From the human T2T-CHM13v2.0 reference genome, Homo sapiens: 64,000 bases of DNA. A model generated the notes under the pieces. The model saw nothing but the letters and a program-made list of their open reading frames with translations. It ran no database searches and had not been told where the DNA came from. The first letter of the stretch is position 1; each line of letters begins with the position of its first letter. Location: NCBI RefSeq assembly GCF_009914755.1, contig NC_060930.1; one strand, written 5' to 3'. The position numbers were made by a program, and so were the translations under genes. Shown here piece after piece: positions 55,600 to 64,000 of the stretch.

Positions 55600-56047
55600 A
55601 GGAGGAGATTTAGCGGTATCTATGTCATTAAGTCAAATAATCCCATAGAAAATACTCATTCTTGCAGCGCAAGAGGTTCATCCTCCCGCTTTAAGCCAAT
55701 CCCACCCCTCTGGCCACAGACTCCACCCATCCTGCCTCTTTTGGGGACCTCCTCTATCATCCCTCTGCTTCTACTAGTGTTTTCCATTGACATTAAACAT
55801 GCCCAGTCTCTCCCATGCTACAAATAAAGCCTCCACCAATCCTGCATCCTCTCATTATTGCCATAGGCTATCACCCTAACTCCCCCTACTCTGGCACACA
55901 CAGACTTCGCCTAATTTATAGCGTCCACTTCCTCTCTTTTATTTATATCCTCAATTTGGCTGTAGCCTCTCCCATTCCACTAAGCCCTCTCCAGCCAAAA
56001 TGACTTATTGTGTATTTGTTCTAACATGCAACAAGCACTTTGTAATC

Positions 56048-56093
<46 letters not shown>

Positions 56094-57630
56094 CTTTAAG
56101 TTCTGGGGTACATGTGCAGAACATGCAGTTTTGTTACATAGGTATACATGTGCCATGGTGGTTTGCTGCACTCATCAACCTATCACCTACATTAGGTATT
56201 TCTCCTAATGTGCTCCCTCCCCTATTCCCTCACCCTCCAACAGGCCCTGGTGCGTGATGTTCCCCTCCTTGTGTCCATGTGTTCTCATTGTTCAACTCCC
56301 ATTTATAAGTGAGAACATGTGGTATTTGGTTTTCTGTTCTTGTGTTAGTTTGCTGAGAATAATGGTTTCCAGCTTCATCCATGTGCCTGCAAAGGACATG
56401 AACTGATATCTTTATTCTATTGAACTTCCGGGGCAGCATTTAGCACTGTGGACCACTGTCTCCTTGAATCACTCATTTTATTTCACCTCAGGCCACCTCA
56501 TTCTCTTAGGGTTTCTCTTTTTCCTATCTCTCTGTCCATTTTTGCCACTTCTCCTTCCTTTTGTTCTCCTAAACCTTATGTTTACACACGGTCCTGCCCT
56601 CTACCATTTTCTCTTCTCTGGAAAGCTTCCCTGCCCAAGGGATCCGTCCACTCCTTCGTCTCCAAATACCGACGGGAGCTGATGACTCTCAAAGCTCCAC
56701 TTCATTCGAGCTTGCCCTCAATCCTAAAACCATGTGTCCAACAGACCCCACAACCCCAACATGTCCCCGACTCAGCCTCCACTCGCCCTCAGCCCACTTC
56801 TATAGTTCCTGTCTCCATCAGCAGCAATGCCAAGAGCCTATTTGCCAAACCAGAAACCTGGCAATCCTCCTTCATGACCAAATGGCCAACTCCTGTCAAA
56901 TCGACTTCCTAAATGTCTCAGACATATCTGCCTCCTTTTATCTTGGCCGCTGCTACTTTTAATCCAGGCTACTGACATTGACTCGCACTGGGACCACCTT
57001 GGCCAGCTCCTGGCAGGACTCATTGCTTCCATTCTTTCGGATCCAGTCTCGTGCTGCAGGCAGAACACTCTTTCTCTCTCTGTCGGCCGCAATCTGTCCT
57101 TGTTGCCGGGACTTCCCCATCGATGTCAGAATGCAAATTCCTTAGCTTATGCTCTGTGAGGTTCTCTGTAATCTACCCGCTTGCCTTCCACCCTTCTATG
57201 TGTTGATCAGCTCCCCTGCACCGCACTGCAGCCCTGTTCCCAGTACTTGCAGTTCCTTCAACTTGCCTCGCTGTATCTCACCCCTTGCCCTTTGCACATG
57301 CTGTTCCCCTGGGCCTGTCTGAAATGTGCTTCCACCAGCAAAGCTACCCCACTCCACTTCTGGCCTATGCTTCCTCATATGCAGCTTCCCTGGTAAAGCC
57401 TCCTTTGGTCCCCAGTATCTGTGACAGTGGCCTCCCTGCATTCTCCCAGAGCACCTGTGCGTGCTTCCCTCACATCACTTCTTACATTGGACTGAAATTG
57501 CTGCTTGTCTGTGGTTTCCCCACTTTAATAGGGCTGTACCTTCCTTACAGGAGGGGCCAAATCTTATTCATGATTTGCCCACACCTATCACATGCCTGAC
57601 ATACAGTAAGGGATCAAGAAATATTCATTG
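55600..57630 (+). mobile_element. Long degenerate L2 region (split by an L1PA insertion)
   Basis: Pyrimidine-rich L2-like blocks: GCAGCATTT.GCACTGTGGACCAC..TCTCCTTGAA, CCAGAAACCTGG..ATCC, CCTTTGCACATGCTGTTCCC, TGCCTGACATACAGTAAG. Confidence 0.65.
56048..56405 (-). mobile_element. 5'-truncated LINE-1 3' end (L1PA7/8-like) with (TTA)n tail
   Basis: (TTA)n-TACTTTAAGTTCTGGGGTACATGTGCAGAAC...GCAAAGGACATGAACT; ATCTTTTATT on both flanks. Confidence 0.96.
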
Positions 57631-58806
57631 CAGCAAGGTTTTACTTTCCTAATGCAGGGTTGTTATGGGGAATAGTGATGGAAATAATCATTTTAAAGGC
57701 ATTAAAGTAATAACAGCACCCCCAGAGAAAGATGATATATCAGCCTTTTACCTGTTAATGTAATTTTCAGACATATCTGTATGTCATAAACTGTTAAAAT
57801 AGCCCAGCTAATAGGGTTCCTTTAATTTGTCTGAGTGAATGAATAAAACTATAATTAAAAGGGTGTGCCTTGTAGTTACTTGCAAGTATTCATAAAAATC
57901 AGACACTAAAGTAATAAAACAGTCAGTGACAAGAGAGGCAAGCTGCAATTTCCAGGTACTGGAGTCACTGTGTGTTTGCCTGCACCCTCTTCTGGGTTGA
58001 CTGAGAATAGCTTAAGCGTTGAAAAGACTCCCAAAGGACATCTTTATGCTTAGGATAAGCCCTGCAGTGTGGTTTCACATTCAGATCAACTCTGTCTTTC
58101 TAAATGAGAAGGAATTGTTGAGGAAAGTGTATGACATTACGATTGATCAAGAAACTGCTTTTTTCCAGCATGGCATGAGCTCACTGCGCAGGAGACTGCA
58201 CGCCCGGGTCTGTGATGTGTGGTGCCTCCCTGTGTCCATCCCACTGAGAGGGATGGGCTCCATGGTGGTCACAAGAGGGCCATCATCACTGGGGACACAG
58301 CTTGCCCCCTTACACCACCAGTGGCCCCTGCCCTGGCAGCCAGAAAACCAAGCTAGGGGACCTCCTCTGTCTAGTGGACCCTCCCTGAAGCACATTGGCC
58401 AGATTTAGCAAATATTTAACAAATATTTTATCTGGCAACCCTATCTCTGACATACCTCACCCCACTGTATCGCCTTCTGGTCTCCTTGCTTCACTTCTTC
58501 AAACCACTTGTTCTTCCTCTTAAAGATTGGCCTCTTAAATTGCTTGAACTTAAGATTTTTTACTTTATTATTTTTAACTTGTCTGAATCCCTCCTTCCCC
58601 CTCTTTCTGTTGTTTTTAAACAACTTCCATTTAGCTCATCATTTTTTTTTTCGAAGCGGATACCTTTATCTTGTGATTTATTATTACTTTCATCTTACTT
58701 TAACTCCCACTCATCTTGTGCTGAGAGGCTTTCAAGCTTTACATTTTCTGGTCTCTAAAATTGTTTGTTCTTTTGCATTGTCTTGGCTTATTTTAATATT
58801 TTATCA

Positions 58807-59077
<271 letters not shown>

Positions 59078-59221
59078 TTATATTAAAGTCCATGTTCAGT
59101 GCCTGACTTGTATATGAATTATTCTTTGCCTCATTTTTACTTTATCTACTTTTCACTAATCATTCCTAACTCTTGTGTGTGTGTTTTCGTTTTAACTCGA
59201 CGTTTTGCTTGATGTTTAAAC

Positions 59222-59259
59222 CTCTTTTGCTTGTTTTTTCTTTCATTGCTCAGGTAAGT
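59222..59259 (+). other. Juxtaposed 3' and 5' splice signals (candidate recursive splice site, or an ordinary exon donor)
   Basis: CTCTTTTGCTTGTTTTTTCTTTCATTGCTCAG|GTAAGT, with no AG in the preceding ~145 nt; host transcript unknown. Confidence 0.35.
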
Positions 59260-59734
59260 GTTACCTTCCATTTTTATGTTTAAATGTTATCTTTTTCTTT
59301 TTTTACGAAGGGCAGTTGAGAAAGCATGTTGATAAAGGGACAATCTGTAGGCGGCCCTGCTCTTGGGAGGAATGTGTGTTTTCTTGCTGAGGGTACCTCC
59401 TAGGGGAGAGGGTAAGGGGATCAGGAGCCCATTCCAGGCATGTTCTTTCACTTTGTTTCTTTGTAAGTAAAGAAATAAGGAGCACTGAGTCAGGAAGTGA
59501 GGCAAACCATGGGCTGATGGAGGCCCTGTTGGGCTACTGGAGAATAAGGATTCTCTTTTCTGCTTCTAACAGTGATTTTGCAACAGTATCTACACACCGG
59601 TACCAAAAACATTACTACAGCCTATTTCTGTACATAGACAGCTGCTTCTTGGCCTTCATTGTAAGTGAAGAAAGTAGAGGATACCTAAGAACAAGAGGCT
59701 CCTCTTGTAATCCTCCCCAAAGATGGTAATGTGA

Positions 59735-60240
<506 letters not shown>

Positions 60241-60263
60241 TAAACTCCAGTGTCTATGCTTGA

Positions 60264-60494
60264 CAGTGGTTTCTCAACAAGGGAAGTGGGGGGAATTTTG
60301 CTCTCCAGGGGACATTTGGCAATGTCTGGGACGTTTTTGGTTGTCATAACTTGGGAGGGGCTGGAGAATGCTGCTGGCATCTAACAGTGTAGCCAGGGAG
60401 TTGCTAAGCCCCCTACATGCACAGGACATCCCCTTGCAGACAATGCAAATGATCCAGCCCTCAAGGTCAGCAGAACTGAGATTAAGAACCTGCT
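60264..60494 (+). mobile_element. MER20 hAT-Charlie DNA transposon
   Basis: CAGTGGTTTCTCAAC...CCAGGGGACATTTGGCAATGTCTGG.ACGTTTTTGGTTGTCATAACT...TGCTGCTGGCATCTA. Confidence 0.92.
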
Positions 60495-60497
60495 ATA

Positions 60498-60793
<296 letters not shown>

Positions 60794-60838
60794 CTACTAT
60801 AATGAGTTTTCCCAACAATCTTCCCCTTACCTTCCAAT

Positions 60839-60890
60839 ACTTCTAGGTTCGTCCATTGGATGAACTTCTAGGTTCTTCCATTGGATGAAC
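60839..60890. repeat. Tandem duplication, period 25
   Basis: ACTTCTAGGTTC(G/T)TCCATTGGATGA twice, followed by AC. Confidence 0.92.
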
Positions 60891-61419
60891 ATACAACATC
60901 TCCTCGGGTAAACATAGTGTCAGCTCCATCAACAAACAGTGTCCCAGTTCATCTCTGTGGTATCACTTTTCTCCACATCTTTCCTAGGCTGAGGGGCATA
61001 ACCTGGATTTTCTTTTCCCAGCATTCATTTTCTTCCTCTTGAATGTTCGATTGCTCCATCAATCAACTGGATGATGATTGAATGAATCAATACATTCATC
61101 AATATATGAAGAACATATAACTGGCCTGGAGAATGTGCAGATTCGCTCACTACTCTCTCAAAGCAGGATGAACTATCCATATTTTGATAAAGCTGAACAA
61201 ACCCACACTGTCCATCTCAACAGGCCACTTAAGACCCCAGCAACCCGGTCCCCAGAAGACACTCAGCTTACTTAGGGCAATGACACCATTTGTCGAGACC
61301 CAACCGGCCCCTTGTGACTGCCTTCCTCCATGAGTTCCAAACATCCCTGGTGGCTTTTTCAACTTACGAATTTGAGGTGAAGGAAGAAGAGAAGCAAACG
61401 TCTTCATGAGAGGTGACAA

Positions 61420-61660
61420 AGTGTGGTGGTGAAGAGCGAGGGTCCTGCAGCCAGACACCTGCTTTCGGCTCCCAGCTCTGCCATGCATTACCTGGGAGAC
61501 TTGGCCACCTTCCTTAACCACTGTGTTCCTCAGTTTCCTTATTTATAAGGTGGGAATGCTGTCAAGGGTTCCTGAGAGGATCAAATGAATAAGGATAAGG
61601 AAAGCACTTAGAACAGTATAAGGCACAAAGCAACTGTGTGGTAAAGGGTGGATATTATTA
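61420..61660 (+). mobile_element. MIR SINE (near full length)
   Basis: GTGGTGAAGAGC...CCCAGCTCTGCCA...CTCAGTTTCCTTATTTATAA...GAGAGGATCAAATGA...AAAGCACTTAGAACAGT. Confidence 0.85.
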
Positions 61661-62622
61661 AAGGGAGACATGTCTTCAAGTAGGAGCCAAGAAGTGAATG
61701 TTCCCATCACTAATACCAACCTAAAATAGCATTAGTCCAAATGTATCATGCACGTGGTCAGCATAGCCAAAGGTTGCCTCACTGCAAGGTTAAAGAAGAA
61801 GCTAAACAAATTTCACTTCCTTACAAGGGCAACAGGACTGGACTCCATCCTTCTTGACATGGGTTGTTTCCTCTTTCCTATTTAAGAATGAGCACATTGG
61901 GTGCAATTCTCCAAGGCTCCCCACTGGTTTATTCTGCCCTCCTGGCCTTTGCCCTTAGAAAGGTTTATAGCCTTCTCCCTAATAACTCAGTACATAATCA
62001 TTAAGAAGCATGAGTAAAATGGGATTTTAATTACTTTATTAAAGGTAATAAATATGTCTATGCCCTTGAGATCATATAAAAATAGCTTAAAATCATTGGC
62101 CATAGTTATATTTTCCACGAGCTGAGTTTTAAAATATGTATAAAGTCTGTGGTAAATTAAGAGAGATTTCAGCCTACTAACAATTCCTAAACCATTCTAA
62201 ATGGGTCAGGAATTCAACTGGGATATCTATGATTTTTTTGTTTCTTCTTATTTCCTGATAATGCCATATGTTTTATAATTTAGCATCTTATTAAGGAGGT
62301 GAGAGCCTTAAAACTTTTAAAGTCAATTCCTGTTTTTAACTATTAAAAATAATTTTTAGTGGAGAGTTTGCTTATTATTATTTTGACACAATGCCTGCAT
62401 TCATTTTAAGATTTAGGGGATTACTGAGCTATTCTTTTACATATCTCCAGCATATCATGCAGCATCTGGAACAGAGAAGACATTTTCATTTATGTTTATT
62501 AAATAACCAAAACATACATATGAATTAACAAATAAACTATATATAAAGGCAATAGTTAGGGCTTTCTTTTAGCATTTCCTTTTGTCTTTAAACTAGTCTC
62601 TTTTATAGAAACTACTCATTAC

Positions 62623-62929
<307 letters not shown>

Positions 62930-63129
62930 TCATTACAGTAGTTTACTTGCCGTAAGAATCACATCAAACATTAAACCTTTCCACCTTCATTTTCCTAACA
63001 CCTCTTTGACTTGGGGAAGGATAAATGACTCTTTACCTGCAGGGTGAACCAGCTACATACCCCGAGGCACTGACCCGGACTCAGTCTAGCACAATCAGAA
63101 CCCCATCCAACCAGCCTAATATGTCATGT

Positions 63130-63306
63130 AAAGGGCACGGTCTGACTTCTGAGAGAGGTGGATCTCAATCTCATCGCTGCTGCTTCTTAATCCCTTTGAG
63201 CCTCAATTTCTTTTTGTATATAAAGGGAACAATAGTGATTTTGTTGAGATGAGGTATGCAAAGTCCCTGGCATGCAGTGAGCACTCAGCAATAAGTGCTA
63301 TTTATT
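63130..63306 (+). mobile_element. MIR fragment
   Basis: TGAGCCTCAATTTC...TGTATATAAAGGG...CTGGCATGCAGTGAGCACTCA. Confidence 0.7.
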
Positions 63307-63399
63307 GGGCCAGGATTCCAACTAGTTTCATAAAAATAGCAGGAAAGTCCAGTGGAAAGCCCACTTGATGGTAGGGGAGGCTTCTACCCACCAACTAAT

Positions 63400-63572
63400 T
63401 CCATGTTTCTCAACCCTGCACTGAACGTCAAAATCACCTGGGGAACTTTTGAAAAATTATGATGCCTGGTCCCAACCCCATGGAGCCTGGCTTAAATGGG
63501 GACAAGATAGCTATAGATTTTTAAAGTTTCTCCAGGGGATTCTAATGACCACCCAGGGTGGAAAAGCATGGA
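63400..63572 (+). mobile_element. MER5B-like relic
   Basis: GTTTCTCAACCCTG...AATCACCTGGGGAACTTTT...GATGCCTGG.CCCA...CCAGGGGATTCTAATG...CCAGGGTGG. Confidence 0.75.
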
Positions 63573-64000
63573 GCTAACGGGGTGCAGGACCAGTGTCCTC
63601 ATAGGAAGTCAAAGGTTTGGTGGTAAACAACCACTGAAGCACATTTTCAAGGTAAGATCCATTGGAATGTATATTCCTGTCCTTAAACTCAAACTAGTTT
63701 AAAGTGATGGGTATCTTTTAATAAGACCTTCAGCGCTGGTTCTAGAGCTGCCTGTTCCCATACTATGTGTCTAATCAGCAGCCATATATTCATTTAAGTA
63801 CAAAATTTGTCGAACACATCCTATATGCTAGGAACTGTGCTATTCTTCTGGGGTCCAGAACTGAGGGTGACACGGTCTTTGCTGTCATTTCCGGTCTAGT
63901 GAAGGAGATAGAGGAGAGTGACAGTTCTATGTGACAGACAGCAGGAGAGGGATAACTAAAACAGGCTCAGGAGGGAGAGGGCATGACAGCACATCCAGAG

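Overview
Primate (human-like) non-coding genomic DNA, AT-rich, with no CpG island and no protein-coding gene or RNA gene that I can recognise; I cannot name the locus. Much of the window is interspersed repeat: 23 near-full-length Alus plus one fragment (J, S and Y types, many with visible TSDs), L1 3' ends (two L1PA7/8-like, one L1PA15/16-like, older L1MC-like pieces), MaLR/ERVL solo LTRs (THE1C-, MLT1-, MLT2B- and MST-like), hAT DNA transposon relics (MER1B, MER5A/B, MER20, MER58A, MER81), many MIR/L2 fragments and microsatellites. Subfamily names come from remembered consensus sequences and the boundaries of old elements are approximate. All ORFs in the track are explained as Alu/L1-derived, low-complexity or chance ORFs. 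I found no new gene system. The most interesting signals are: (i) three short locally templated insertions copied into old repeats from donors 820, 801 and 2809 bp away, two with junction microhomology; (ii) a chain of three abutting inverted repeats at 27272-27350 that includes a perfect 28-bp palindrome; (iii) a candidate recursive splice site (polypyrimidine-CAG|GTAAGT) at 59251-59259; (iv) a CTCF motif with upstream module at 52418-52451; and (v) a decayed ~39-40-bp minisatellite at 27658-27960.
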